DNA from: Octopus vulgaris
Taxonomy: Eukaryota
Assembly (NCBI GenBank): GCA_951406725.2
Contig: OX597833.1
Span: 37,820,001 to 37,884,000 of the forward strand
Length of the DNA: 64,000 bases
Reading direction: 5' to 3'
The translations under genes and the position numbers were made by a program. The notes below the pieces were generated by a model. The model ran no database searches, was not told where the DNA came from, and saw only the letters and a program-made list of their open reading frames with translations. Shown one piece after another: positions 1-13,156 of this stretch (position 1 is its first letter; the number at the start of each line of letters is the position of its first letter).

Positions 1-445
1 TTTGATGAGATAAGAGTAAAGTCACTTAAATTGAAACAGTATTTTACTGGTACTTTATTAACTCCAGAAAGATAAAATGCATAGATGACCTAGGCAGGAT
101 TTGAACTCAGAATGTAAAAGATTGTAACTAAAATCTACAAAGCATTTTATCTAATGTTCTAACAATTCTACTGATCCATAAACATATTAATTATGATGCT
201 TTTTCTCAGCACCAACTTCATCATCACACTGCAAATTACTTACAAACAATCTTAATTGTTACACACTTTACACCAAAAGATCTACACAAATAATTATTCT
301 AGCACTTATGAATACATCAGCAGACCAAACCCACTTGTTCTTCTCTCTCTCTCTCTGCATATAATTTATTCTGCTATCTAATTGCTAAAAACTGAGATGG
401 TGCATCGAAAGGAAAATTAGAATCATGCAAAGCTTCACAACTCAC

Positions 446-526
446 CACATCTTTGCCATAATCTTCACTTTCACTTTCACTGTCACTGTCTCCCTGAATA
501 TTGATTTGCTTCTTTTCTTCTTTGCC
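446..526 (-). CDS. CEP164: CEP164-like coding exon 7 (GKEEKKQINIQGDSDSESESEDYGKDV); gene continues beyond window start
   Basis: ttttctctgcag acceptor, gtgagt donor, 81 nt phase 0/0, in frame with the preceding exon; acidic low-complexity segment. Confidence 0.75.
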
Positions 527-577
527 CTGCAGAGAAAAGGAAATAACAAGTTTGGAAGAAAGAAATTAGTTTTAACA

Positions 578-990
578 TATTGATTTCAAATTTTGGCACA
601 AGGCCAGCAATTTCAAGGGAGTGGGTAAGTCGATTACATTGACCCCAAAACTCAACTGGTATTTATTGTATCAATGCCAAAAGGAAGAAAGGCAAAATCA
701 GCCTCAGCAGAAATTGAATTTAGAATATGAAGACAAATGAAATGCTGTTAATCATATCACTCAGCATGCAAACAATTCTGCCTGCTTGCAGTCTTAATTA
801 GTTTTAACATACCGATTTCAAATTTTAGCAAAAGGCCAGCAATTTCAGGGGCAGGAGTAAGTTGATTATATCGACCCCAGAACTCAACTGGTACTTATTT
901 TATCAACCTCCCCAAAAGGATGAAAGGTAAAGTCAGCCTCAGCGAAATTTGAACTTAGAACATGAAAAGAGAGAAAATGTTGCTAAGCAA
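578..990 (-). mobile_element. Two adjacent copies of tRNA-derived SINE family C (Meta-domain-like core)
   Basis: Both match the CpG-intact copies at 43319-44482 (gtcgactttgcctttcatcctttcggggtcgataaa core) in reverse orientation, with CpG decay. Confidence 0.75.
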
Positions 991-999
991 AACTGTGCA

Positions 1000-2300
1000 G
1001 TTGAAGGAAACAAGATTGGAGGCCATTTGAGGGTTCTGTTCATGGAGCTAGTACAGGCTAAATGTGAATGGTGCCTGTGTGTGTAAGCTTAGGGAGGAAT
1101 GAAGAGTGGTATCATCTGTATGGGAATGAGCATTGTTGGAGATGACAGAAAGTAGGTTACTAATGAACAGAAAGTAAAGTATGATATAACTTGGCCTTGG
1201 GACATACCACAATTGATAAAGAGTGGGTCAGATAAAGCTCCAGCAATTGCACAAGGCAATGATATAATCTAACAGAAAGCTTCCAGTCTAGGAGATGAGA
1301 GCTGGATGAGGTTCTTAGAGGGAAACCTAGCAAGAAAATCTCCATCAGAGACATGGTCAATTGCGTTGCTGATGTTAAGTACAACAACATTAGTTTTTCA
1401 AGGGTAAGGACTAACAGAAGACTATGTTTGTAATTATTACAAATAACATCATTATTACTGTAGTCAGAAGCATGCAAACCTGCATGGTTCTTGGCAGATC
1501 TATGAAAGACAATCTCCCTTTCTTACAACATTATATAGGAAGTGGATAATAAGCATGGCTTCAGAGTAGTCCTGATCCATGTAATCAGTTTTAAGCCTCC
1601 AAAAACAAAAAGGTTAACCATCAGTATTTGGTACAGCAGTCCTCAGAGCATCTGCATTTAGTTCCATTTTCTTGAGGTGGATCAATTTAAAATACAGTGA
1701 CAGATGCTAGGTGGTCTGACTAAATAGCCTCTTCATAGAGCCATTTCAAATTACATGTTTGGTTAATCTCTCCTGTATGTTTTAGCTCTTAGAACATTGC
1801 TGTGGAAAATAGAGATATTGAAGAGCATCCTGCTTGAACAGGGAATGGGAAAGTCATATCAGAATATGGGGACAATGTAACCATGATGGTGTTAGTTACC
1901 ACAGAAATCAAAGTGGTCAGTACTACACGTAGAGAGTATGAACTGGTACCAGGAAATGCATAAACTGAATCAAGTTGGTGGACTTGAACATAACACTTGT
2001 AAAGGCAAGTCTGTGCAGACCAGAATCATGGGTTGCTTAACTGACAGTCAAGAAACTGGAACTAGTGTAGCCAGTCTTACTCAAAAATGGACTGAAAGGT
2101 CAGGTAGAAGTGACACAACAACTAAGATGAGAACACTAGTTCAAATACATCCGAGTATAATAAAAAATGAAGTGGCATAAACAAACATACATTTAAAATG
2201 ATCCCAGAGAATAACAATACAATTCTAGATTTGCGTATGCCAAGATCAAAGTTAATTTGTCAGATATTGTTGTCAAGGTCAACTAGAAAAAGAACTGCCT
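1000..2300 (-). pseudogene. Heavily degraded CR1/Jockey-type LINE reverse transcriptase remnant
   Basis: Reverse-strand translation gives LNISNAIDHV (DxSKAFD-like), INCGMSQGQVIS (GVPQGSVL-like) and HSHTDDTTLHS (YADD-like); many stops; boundaries approximate. Confidence 0.55.
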
Positions 2301-2629
2301 CCTAATCAAAGTATACAATACTATCACACAATAATGTACCTCTATCCAAATTTAAAAATCCAGAAATGGAGATTACCAGAATGGGGGGGATTGAAAACAG
2401 AAACAATCCTATAGTAATAAGATTCTTGAGAATGATTAAAAAGACATGCAGACAAATACATAGCAAAAATTCCAAGCCTTACAAAATGCAGTACATAGAA
2501 ATTAGGATGACTAAGCACTGCTCGCATACATTGCAGAGCACTTCCTAAATGATGTGAAAAACATCTATAAACAAAACACTCTACATAACCAAGGTGCACC
2601 AAGAGGTATTCTTAGTTATGCAGAGAAAA

Positions 2630-3004
2630 TCTTTATATATAAAAGTCAAGTTGTGTGTCTGTCTCCTACGATTTAGATTCCTAACTACTCCCACATTTTG
2701 CGGTGCAGTTTAACCAAAATCGGGTATCTTATAGTCGTGATTCATATCGAATCCTTCTGGGTATTAGCGCGCGTCTACGATTTTAAAAATAATTTACCAT
2801 CATTTTTTTCCATTTTAATGCATTTTTTAGCTATTATATAAGGGAAGTAACTCTCTAAAAATGTCTACGATGAGTCAACGATTTAAAAAAAATTTACCAT
2901 CATTTTTTTTCCATTTTTAATGCATTTTTTGGCTATAACTCTCTAAAAATGCTTATATAGTTATTTCCCCTACAAACCCAAGCAACGCCAGGCGATACTA
3001 CTAG
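2630..3004 (+). mobile_element. Non-autonomous Helitron
   Basis: 5' TC start (tctttatatataaaagt), 3' CTAG end preceded by an imperfect GC hairpin (cccaagcaacgccaggcg), inserted between A and T; internal ~60-bp direct duplication. Confidence 0.75.
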
Positions 3005-3985
3005 TAAGCAATAAATGTAAAACTACTAAAGGTAAATAACAATTTCTAAAATGAGCACAAAGCCTTAAACTTTTGGAGCGAAAGTTCAGTTTATTATATT
3101 GAAACCTATTATTTCAGCATCATTATCATCATTATTTAACATCTATCCTCCATGCTGGCATGGGTTGGACGACTTGACAGGAACTGTCAAGGCCAGGGAC
3201 CACACCAAGTTCCATAGTCCGTTTTGGCTTGGTTTCTACAGTTGGATGCCCTTCATAACTCCAACCACTTTACTGAATGTACTGGATGTTTTTTACATAG
3301 CACCATCACCAATGCTTTTTACATAGCACCAGCACCAGTGCTTTTTACATGACACTTTGGTTTTCGATAACAATTCTGTTGTGGTAGGCTGGTTTTCTTC
3401 AGTACAGCAATGTGCCACATATTTCAGTCCACTGTCATCTCCTTCAAAAGGCTCAGCATTTTGAGACCAGCTTTCAAGACTTCCTGGGTCTCCCTCTTTC
3501 ATAGCTTCCCTCCACTCTAACCCTTTTGATAAAAACCAGCCTGAAACTGCCTCTGGTTCTGTAGTACAAATGTCTTGTTTTCAAAAGTTCTGAATTAAAA
3601 TCTCCCACCAACACTTAGTCACAATTTATGTTCCTAACACTAGCTTAATGATAATTAAGTTATTTTACTAAATTCTTTGTTATATTTAAAATTAATTGAG
3701 GGAAACACTGTCACATCCATCCACATTACATGACTAAACCAGTGCAGTCTCCTCTCCTGCACACAGCATGTAATTCCCCTAATACCTAACTTACACTGGT
3801 ACATATTCAACTGACCTTTGACAGATGAAAGACTGAGTTGACATTGGTGAGATTTGAACTCTGAATGTAAAAGCATTTAAGTAAATAATGCAAGACAGTT
3901 GGTTTTCCATTCTATAGAGTCTTCAAATCAACCATCATCACCTTCACCACGACCACCAATAATAATAATAATAATAATAATAATC

Positions 3986-4198
3986 ATTTCTAATATAGGC
4001 ACAAGGCCTGAAATTTTGTGGGAGGGGTAAGTCAACTACATTGATCCCAGTTCTCAACTGCTACTTATTTTATTGACCCCAAAACGATAAAAGATAAAGT
4101 CGACCTCGGTGGAATCTGAACTCGGAACATACAAGCGGACGAAATACCGCAAAGCATTTTGCCCAGCATGTTAACAGTTCTGCCAGCTTGCCGCCTTA
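3986..4198 (-). mobile_element. SINE family C copy
   Basis: Reverse complement of the ggcggcaagctggcagaa... head and gtcgac...ggggtc core; (aat)n tail. Confidence 0.75.
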
Positions 4199-4644
4199 AC
4201 AACAACAACAACAGCAGCAGCAGCAGCAACAACAACAATAACAATAACAATACTGTGGATTATTCATGTATCTGCTCAACAGAAAGACACTTATTCCTGT
4301 CTCTCTATACCTTCAATCTCACACAAACTGGCACAAAGCTACCATCACCCCTCCCAACAAAGGAGGTCTTTGTCTTGCAAGTTACTTGGTGACCCTGTCA
4401 GTGCTGGTACCATGTAAAAAGCACTCAATACACTCTGTAAAGTGGTTGACATTAGGAAGGACATCCAGCTATAAAAACCATGCCAAAACAGACAAGGGAG
4501 TCTGGTGCAGCTCCTGGCTTTACCAGCTCCTGTCAAACATATATGCAACCCATGCCAGCATGGAAAACAGGCATTAAATGATGATGATGATGATGATGAT
4601 GTCCAAAAATCAACTGTCTGCAAATAAAAATATCTGGAATATAC

Positions 4645-4776
4645 CTGCTCCACTTCATCTTCAAATTCTGTGGAATACACTGGTATACTCATGCTACTAG
4701 TGAAGTGTCTACTGTTTGACACACCAACAGAGCCGGTTTTTGATGATGTCCCAGTTAGGTTCAAACTGGATTTCAC
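4645..4776 (-). CDS. CEP164: CEP164-like coding exon 6 (VKSSLNLTGT...EFEDEVEQ)
   Basis: tgtttcag acceptor, CAG|gtatat donor, 132 nt phase 0/0, open frame. Confidence 0.75.
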
Positions 4777-4918
4777 CTGAAACATTGTAGAAGATACAAT
4801 AACATATCAGCAACACATTTTCTGAGGAAAATAGCAATTTACATGTATTATCATCATGACTGTTCAATGCGAATACACACACACACACACACACCACATA
4901 TTGATATACTCTCTCTCT

Positions 4919-5264
4919 CTTTTACTCTTTTACTTGTTTCAGTCATTTGACTGCGGCTATGCTGGAGCACCACCTTTAATCGAGCAACTCAACCCCGGGA
5001 CTTATTCTTTTGTAAGCCCAGTACTTATTCTATCGGTCTCTTTTGTCAAACCGCTAAGTAACAGGGACATAAACACACACACGCATATATATACATATAT
5101 ACGACAGGCTTCTTTCAGTTTCCGTCTACCAAATCCACTCACAAGGCTTTGGTCGGCCCGAGGCTATAGTAGAAGACACTTGCCCAAGATGCCACGCAGT
5201 GGTACTGAACTCGGAACCATGTGGCTGGTAAACAAGCTACTTACCATACAGCCACTCCTGCGCC
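4919..5264 (-). mobile_element. tRNA-derived SINE family A (CORE-like ccttgggcaagtgtctt, internal microsatellite)
   Basis: A/B-box-like head (tggctgtatggtaag...ggttccgagttcagt) and aaacaagtaaaagag tail; more than 10 copies in the window. Confidence 0.8.
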
Positions 5265-5510
5265 TATATTGTAAACAAACTTATAAGCGTTGAGTGTGTC
5301 GGTATTCTACAGAAAATAAAGGAATTCTTGAATACAGGATAGCTGAGAAGACAGCATAGAAAATCAGGTAAATCTCCTTTAGAAGACAGAAAAAAGGAGC
5401 CAACCAGAATTTGAGAGGTACAGGGTTCTATTCCCTGTAGAGATTTGATGGCCATTTTTTTCCCATCTTCTAAAGGGTATTAACCCAATTTTCTAAGCTG
5501 TCTTCAATGC

Positions 5511-5916
5511 GTGCAGGCGTGGCTGAGTGGTAAGAAGCTTGCTTCCCAACCATATGGTTTTGGGTTTCGTGGCACCTTGGACAAGTGTCTTCTATTATAG
5601 CTTCAGACCAACCAAAGCCTTATAAGTGGATATGGTAGACGGAAATTGAAAGAAGCCCATCATATATATATATATATCTATATATACCTATGTATGTGTG
5701 TCTTTATGTCTGTGTTTGTCCCCCACCCACCGCTTGACAACCGGTGTTAATGCGTTTACGTCCCCATAACTTAGCAGTTTGGCAAAGAGAGACTGGTAGA
5801 ATAAGTACCAGGCTTAAAACAAAATAAATTCTGGGGTCAATTTGTTTAACTAAAACCCTTCAAGGCGGTGCCCCAACTTGGCCACAGTCAAATGACTGAA
5901 ACAAGTAAAAGAATAA

Positions 5917-5918
<2 letters not shown>
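5511..5918 (+). mobile_element. SINE family A copy, inverted relative to 4919-5264
   Basis: Same head, core and tail motifs. Confidence 0.8.
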
Positions 5919-5969
<51 letters not shown>

Positions 5970-7373
5970 TATATACATATATCATCATCATATATACAAT
6001 ATCAGGGGTTTAGTTCACTTGCTTTTGATGTCCTTTTCCTCTAATGTGTATATATACATATATATAAATATTGTGTATATATATTCTGAACTTATAATTT
6101 ATTCACATCTGTTTGAAGCTTTTTGAAATGTTATTATGATTATTGAATATGTTTTTGTTAGCTGTTCCAACAAAATTATAGTTACAATTCATTCCCAATA
6201 AAAAGCCAACTAAAAACACATAAACATACATAAACACACCTACATATTCACAAAAAACAAGATTATAAAAACATCACTTCACACACATATACATACACCA
6301 GACTTCTACGCAGTTGCAAACACATACACATACAAAACCATTTCACACACAAATACACATACACCACACACACACACATACATATTTACATTCAGAAACA
6401 AACATATAAATACACTATTTTATACATATACATACACTGCACATTTACACATTCACAAACAGTTGTACAAACATACACCACATATTTTCACACTCACAGA
6501 CACACACAAGTATAGTTTCACAATACACACACTACACATTCACAAACACAAACATACACACACACACAGAGCCATGTGTATTCAGAGATGAGTGCCAAAA
6601 TCAATCAGACGAGATCAGTTTTAGAGGTCAACAAAAAAAAAAAGAACAAAAAAGCAATAAAAAAATTTCTAATCTTGGCAGAAATTTTGGAAATGATCCC
6701 AAAATAGATTTGTACATCTGAGTGTTGTAGGGCAGCAATTTTCCCCAGCAGCTACAAGGTTACAAGTAATGTCATTAATCTAAGTTATTTCAATAAAAGG
6801 GTCAACAACAGAATAGTGTTGGGAATTTGTAAATAAACAGAACACACAGCTAAGTGTTGCTGTCATTGTTGTTTAGCCTTCTCCACCCTAGTTGTCATCA
6901 GTCAAAGAAATCTATGATCAAAACCATTCCAGCTATGACCATCATGGCTTTTTGTATGTCCAAAACTACATTTTTCTAGAGGTACTTACTTTTTAATTTT
7001 AGAAAAAGTAGGATGTGATTGAAGGGAGATTTGGCTGTTATTTCTAGCTACCTTTGCATTAAGAATTTACCATAATTTCTTCTGAACATAGCATAATTTT
7101 CATATAACATATAATCCTTCCTACTATAGACACAAGGTCTGAAATTTGGGGGAGGGGGTAGTTGATTACATCAACCCCAGTATACAAATGGTATGCATTT
7201 ATATAACAGATATAATAACAGGTTGTTTTATTGCCTTCTGCATCTTAATATTTCAGCTATCCTCAAGGCAACAAGCTGGCAGAATTGCTAGCAAGCTGGG
7301 CAAAACAGTGGCATTTCCTCTATATTTATGTTTTGAGTTCAAATGCTACCAAGATCGACTTTACCTTTCATCT

Positions 7374-7592
7374 TATTGTATGGAAGTAGAACACTCCTAT
7401 GGGTTGGCTCCTAATGGACTGTACCACAATATAAATGGACATACACAGAAAGCCTTGAGAACAGTGTAAAGCTGAGAGTTGCATATTGTCGAGGGTTATT
7501 ACACATAGTTATTACCAGTATCTTGAGTAGAACGATTTGCAAGGACAGTATTATTATCCCATTATATCATACGTCAAAAGTGTGGTACAACA
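7374..7592. mobile_element. Short solo LTR inserted in a family C SINE
   Basis: Termini T(A/G)TTGTA...TACAACA, 5-bp TSD catct/catcc that interrupts the SINE core tttcatcctt. Confidence 0.6.
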
Positions 7593-7701
7593 CATCCTTT
7601 TGTGATACAAAATTTCCAGTTGAAGACTTGAATCAATGGAATCGACTTATCCCCTCACCCAAACTTGCTGGCCTTGCGCCAAAATTTGAAACCAATATTT
7701 C

Positions 7702-7857
7702 CGTAGGCATGGTTATGTAGTAAGAAGCTTGCTTCCCAACCATATGGTTCAGGGTTCAGTCCCACTGCATGACACCTCGGGCAAGTGTTTTCTACTATAG
7801 CCTCGGGCCAACCAAAGCCTTGTGAGTGAATTTGACAGATGGAAACTGAAAGAAGCC

Positions 7858-7935
<78 letters not shown>

Positions 7936-8130
7936 CTATGTTTGCACCCCCATCATTGCTTGATGACTGGTGTCAGTGCATTTATGTCTCTGTAACTTAG
8001 CGGTGCATCAAAAGGACCAACTGAATAAGTACTAGGCTTAAAAATAACTCCTGGCGCCAAACTTTCCAAAACTACTTCAAGGTGGTGCCCCAGCATGGCC
8101 ACAATCAAATGACTGAACCAGGTAAAAGAA
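7702..8130 (+). mobile_element. SINE family A copy with (TA)n(TG)n
   Basis: Family motifs as above. Confidence 0.75.
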
Positions 8131-9335
8131 TATCCTTCCTACTGATGTACAACTGTTATACATCGTAACAAGGACCTTTTATTTCGTGACTTTAGCTTCT
8201 TTGCCTCAAGACTCGTTGCTACATTAGTCACCATTTGATGCAATGCTTTTTATTCTGTTCTACTGCATTCACAGCAGTCCTGTCTACAAACCTTCTAAAT
8301 TTAAACCCTTGTATAGCACTATAAATTCTTTTATTCATCCACTTTCTAGCTGCAAACATATTGTCTATTGTTCTGTGCACTGGAGTGACTCACCTCTAGA
8401 TGATTGCTTGTAAACAGCAGCCAAATCTTCCTTATATCTTGCTCTGATGTCTTATACAAGGAAAAGATACACAAGATAATGTAGACCTAGGAATACTCCT
8501 ATAAGATTAAATGGACATAATTGGAGTACCATTGACCATAGGTCTGCACTAACAAACTTTACTTGGAGCTATGCAAAACAGCAACCAGCTAATACAAGTT
8601 GGTTCTCTGACCTGTGTTCAAGGCTGCATCATTGCTGTATCACATACAATTTACTGCATGTTAGATTATGCAGCAAGGTCTTCAACAAGGCAAAGGTATG
8701 GATGTGTGACTCATACCTAGTTGTGTAACCAACTATCCATGTGCACAGAAGTTCAATTCGGACTGATCTGATGCTACACCACAACTAGCTATTGAAACTT
8801 GTTATATTGGTTTCGTTCTGAAACATAAAGCCCTTTCACTGTAAAGAGTGGACAGACATACAGCTGGTTAAATCAATGATAAAATGTTACACTGATTTGG
8901 CAAGATTTCAACTCAGAAATACAAGGATTGAAACAGCTCCAGTAAAGCATCTAGTTTGGTTCACCTTATTTTGGCATGAAATTCATCACCTTATAATCTT
9001 TATGATACCAAATCACCTAAGACTGCTCATAATTCTGAGGCTCAAACCTCCTGTTTTAAAGTGGTTTAAATTTAAACCTTCCTTCAAAATTGTATATTAA
9101 TTTGTTTCAAACACCAGCATGATAACGGTTTCAAATTTTGGTGCAAGGCCAGCAATTTCAGAGGAGGGGCTAAGTTATTTACATCGACCCAGTGCTCAAC
9201 TTATTTCATCGACCCCAAAAGGATGAAAGGCAATGCTGACTTGGGTACAATTTGAACTCAGAATATAAAGATGGACGAACTGCCACTAAGTATTTTATCC
9301 GGTGTGATAACAATTCTACCAGCTCACCACCTTAA

Positions 9336-9555
9336 CCTTTTTGTTACCAACCAGGCTGAAACCGGCTCTGGCTCTGAGTACAAATGTCCTGTTTTCATAA
9401 GTTTTGAATTAAAATCTTCCACCAAATCTTAGTCGAAATTTACGTTCCTAACACTAGCTGAATGATAACTAAGTTATTTTACGAAATTCTTTGTTATATT
9501 TAAAGTAATTGAAAGAAACACAGAGCATCTCAAAATATATACAGTAACGAAAGGG
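9336..9555. mobile_element. piggyBac-type MITE family 1 (other copies 24065-24283, 52249-52464; partial 3520-3705)
   Basis: TTAA on both sides, TIR ccctttcgttac/gtaacgaaaggg, three near-identical ~220-bp copies. Confidence 0.8.
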
Positions 9556-9691
9556 TTAAATACCAGCAGAAAAATGACAAAGATATTTTGCTAAATTCTT
9601 CATTATTTAGAAAAGGAAATGAAGCAAAGGAAATATATTTCGACAGAAGCATAGTAACAAAAGGAATATTACTGAATATGTTATAACTTAC

Positions 9692-9835
9692 ATTTTGACC
9701 AGTGGAAGCTTGAAGGGAAGCTAATACATTTCCAGACGTTTTCAATGGGGCCAAATTACTGAGAGGTTTGTTGGTTTTATGTACAGAAGGTAAACCAGGA
9801 CTGAAATTTGCTTTTGGTGCTTCAAGTCGGGAATC
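9692..9835 (-). CDS. CEP164: CEP164-like coding exon 5 (DSRLEAPK...LSNLAPLKTSG...STGQN)
   Basis: tctttcag acceptor, gtaagt donor, 144 nt phase 0/0; LAPLK motif resembles the post-WW LAPLR motif of CEP164. Confidence 0.8.
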
Positions 9836-12171
9836 CTGAAAGATTTTATTATGTTTAATTAAAGAGGAGAAAACTTGATAAATCTACTTTATAAGAAGGA
9901 AATTTAAGAATGGACTTAAAACTGAAGGAATAATGAAAAAAACTACAAACATTATGTTCTAACTTGTCTTTATTCATGATAATGAGGTCTTTTTCCTTCT
10001 TGCCAGCTAGAAAATTAAAGAAAAAAAATTGATAAGATAAAATTTACAATTTAAAAACCAAGTTGATAATTAACAAGAAACTGAATGAACAGTAATTAAT
10101 GAAGATAACATTATCCAATGAACTTGGATCACAAGTGTCCATTCAAACAGTGCCTTGCTTTATTTATACATTAGTCTTAGAATGGAACAGTGTCTGTGGC
10201 TTTATTACAGCCTCCAAGATTTGGACAGGAGAAATGAAGATAACAAGTTAGGAAAGTTAGTGCGACTGCTGTTAAATTTTGAATCTGGTAAATAAATCGA
10301 TGGGGTGTACGCAAGGGATGGAGTTCTGGAGATAAAGACTGGGTGCAGAATATACATTCACTCATTATCTAAACATTAGCTAAAAAAAAGATTAACCCTT
10401 TAGCATTCAGATTATTCTGTCAAAAGTAACATTTTTTCTATCATGTTGTTTTTAATTAATCATTCAATATCTCATAGCTTTGAAATATTGATGACGTGAC
10501 TGCATATCTGTAGAAAAGCATTGAAGGGTAGGTATGATAAGCTGGATCTGGTTGGTTAGAACATAAAACAGGTAGCATATTTGGGCTGGATATGGCCAGT
10601 TTAAATGTTAATGGATTGAGGGCCATGGTGAAAACAAAGGGTGGGCCATTTTGAATAGCAAATATCTTTTATCTTATACCTGTTTCAGTCATTAGACTGT
10701 GGCCATGCTAGAGCACTGCCTTGAAGAATTTTAGTCAAATGAATCAACCCCAATACTTATTATTTTTTTAGTCTCTTCACCACTAAGTAATGGGGACATA
10801 AACATACCAACACCAGTTGTCAAGTGGTGGTGGGGGACAAATACATACATACACTGTTACAAGTATATATATTAGAGCAAGGTTGTTGCCACTGCCACTG
10901 GACTGGTTCCTGTGCAAGTGGCACGTAAAAAACACCATTTGAGCATGGCCGTTGCCAGTACTGCCAGACTAGTACATAAAAGCACCCACTACACTCTCAG
11001 AGTGGTTAGCGTTAGGAAGGGCATCCAACTGTAGAAACTCTTCCAGATCAGATTGGAGCCTGGCGCAGCCATCTGGTTCGCCAGTCCTCAGTCAAATCAT
11101 CAAACCCATGCTAGCATGAAAAGCGGACGTTAAACAATGATGATGATGATGATATAAACGGGCTTCTTTCAGTTTCTGTCTACCAAATCCACTCACATTG
11201 CTTTGGTCGGCCCAAGGCTATAGTAGAGGACACTTACCCAAGGTGCCCCAAGTGGGACCGAATCTGGAACCATGTGGTTGGGAAGCAATCTTCTCACCAC
11301 ACAGCCACACCTACACCTAAATATGCAAAATATTGTCATAAAATATATCAACCAACCTCTAAACTTTTGTTAGCCAAAACCTAAAACTTTTATTTTAGGA
11401 TAAATTGCAAAACAGTCAAATACATATGCTACACCCAACAGAGATAGGTGACTTGCTGTAGAAGAAATACAAGGATACCCCATATACTATACATTCAGAT
11501 TATAAAAAAGCCTTATTAAAATATCTGACTATGTATACAAAATAACAAAGATGAATTGCAGGAAAAATTCCAGGGCATGTTTTGATCTATTAACAGTTTC
11601 TATTTGAGATAAAGAACAATGAGAGTTGAATAGTAGCCCAGTTTAGTCCTGATAAAATAGATCTATAGGCTAAGGTAGATATTCCAACAATGACCATTGT
11701 CTTTTATTCTTTTATGCAAAATAGAGTATCCATAACTACAATGAAGCTGCTTGGTTTTTAAGACAGTAAGATATGATTTGAGACAGAATTGGTGGGTATT
11801 TTTCATGCGGGAAACCAAATCAATAACTTCACTACCTATTCCAATACAACATTACTGAGTAGGTAGTTTAAGTAGTTTTAGTAACAACACACATATCCCA
11901 AATCTACGCAGTCAAGGAAATGGATCTCCGCTGGTTTCAGCAATGACTATTCCAATTGTTTGCTCAACTGAGTTGCCTGCTCATTCACTCATTGAAGTAT
12001 AGTGAAGTATAGTGAAAGCTGAGTGTTGCACAGACACATAGGCAGTGAAATACTCAAGCAGAACTAGTATGACACAGTACACATGCATACATACACACAC
12101 ATAAATATTTACATAATACACATACTTAAACAGCTCTACTAAATTGTGTGTGTGTGTTAATGTGATTATAC

Positions 12172-12275
12172 CAAAAGATCAATAAACTTAGTAGATTGTC
12201 CAGATTTTGCACCTTCCATCTCTGCTCCTACTATTGCTTCACTCTTTCTAATTTCTCTTTTTCTTCTCCACTTTT
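12172..12275 (-). CDS. CEP164: Probable CEP164-like coding exon 4 (EKWRRKREIRKSE...KFIDLL)
   Basis: A phase 1->0 exon is needed between 17374 and 9835; ttcag acceptor, TTG|gtataa donor, 104 nt; basic stretch as found after the WW domain; a competing AG lies 5 nt upstream. Confidence 0.5.
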
Positions 12276-12549
12276 CTGAACTGGTTTAAATAAGATTAAT
12301 TAGGAAATATTTATTTTCGAGTTATTCTTGTATTCTTGTTATTGTGAAACACAAGGAAATGTTAACTGCATTTGTTTGGGGGAACATTAGTTACAGACAT
12401 ATGGACATGTGCATGTGTGTGTGAGAGAGAGAGAGAGAGAGAGGAAGAGAGAGAATCTTAAGAACATTCAGAATAAAAGCATAAATTGTTTATTTTGTAG
12501 ACATTTATTTTTAGTTGCATTTATTGTTGCTTCCAGTTATGGTCACTTC

Positions 12550-12950
12550 ATAGTGTTAAGCTCACTTCCTTGCAACAAATGAGGCTAAAATCCTTGAGAC
12601 TATATTCCTCAAAAGAAACCAAGTGTAAATATGCAGTCACCTGCATCGGAAAATCCTGGAGGAACACACACCAAAGATTGTCATTCACAGCCATACAAAA
12701 CTCGCTCGTTGGCAACATTGCACAGTTCATTGCTATCGACTTCTCCCTAAGGACAGAGCAGAGTATTACTCCAGCCTTGCTTTGAAGGAGCAATTGTTCT
12801 TTACCATTTTCCCTCAAATGTAAGGGATACATTTCGATTGGAGTCAAAACTTTCAACAATACTTAGATATCCTCTTGTGCGCAATACCAGATGAGCCTAC
12901 ATTCGACATTGTAGTGGGAGACAGATAAGAGCAGTAGCATCAAGCTATGG
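12550..12950 (+). mobile_element. Degraded CR1/Jockey-like LINE 3' end
   Basis: Broken frames resemble the LINE C-terminus (YSL.R...YAVT.I.KILE; YLDILLCAIPDEP). Confidence 0.5.
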
Positions 12951-13156
12951 TGAATGCATACATATGGATGCACACACATACACACACACACATACAGATT
13001 ATTGGAGCATTACCAGTTATTTGTTTCAATGCTGTACTCTACTGCAGAACATATCTATAAATTTTTAGTCAACAAATAATTTTGGCTGAAAATCAATGGA
13101 TATATGCTTTAGTGTGTGTGCATGTGTGTGAGTGTATATATATATATATATATATA

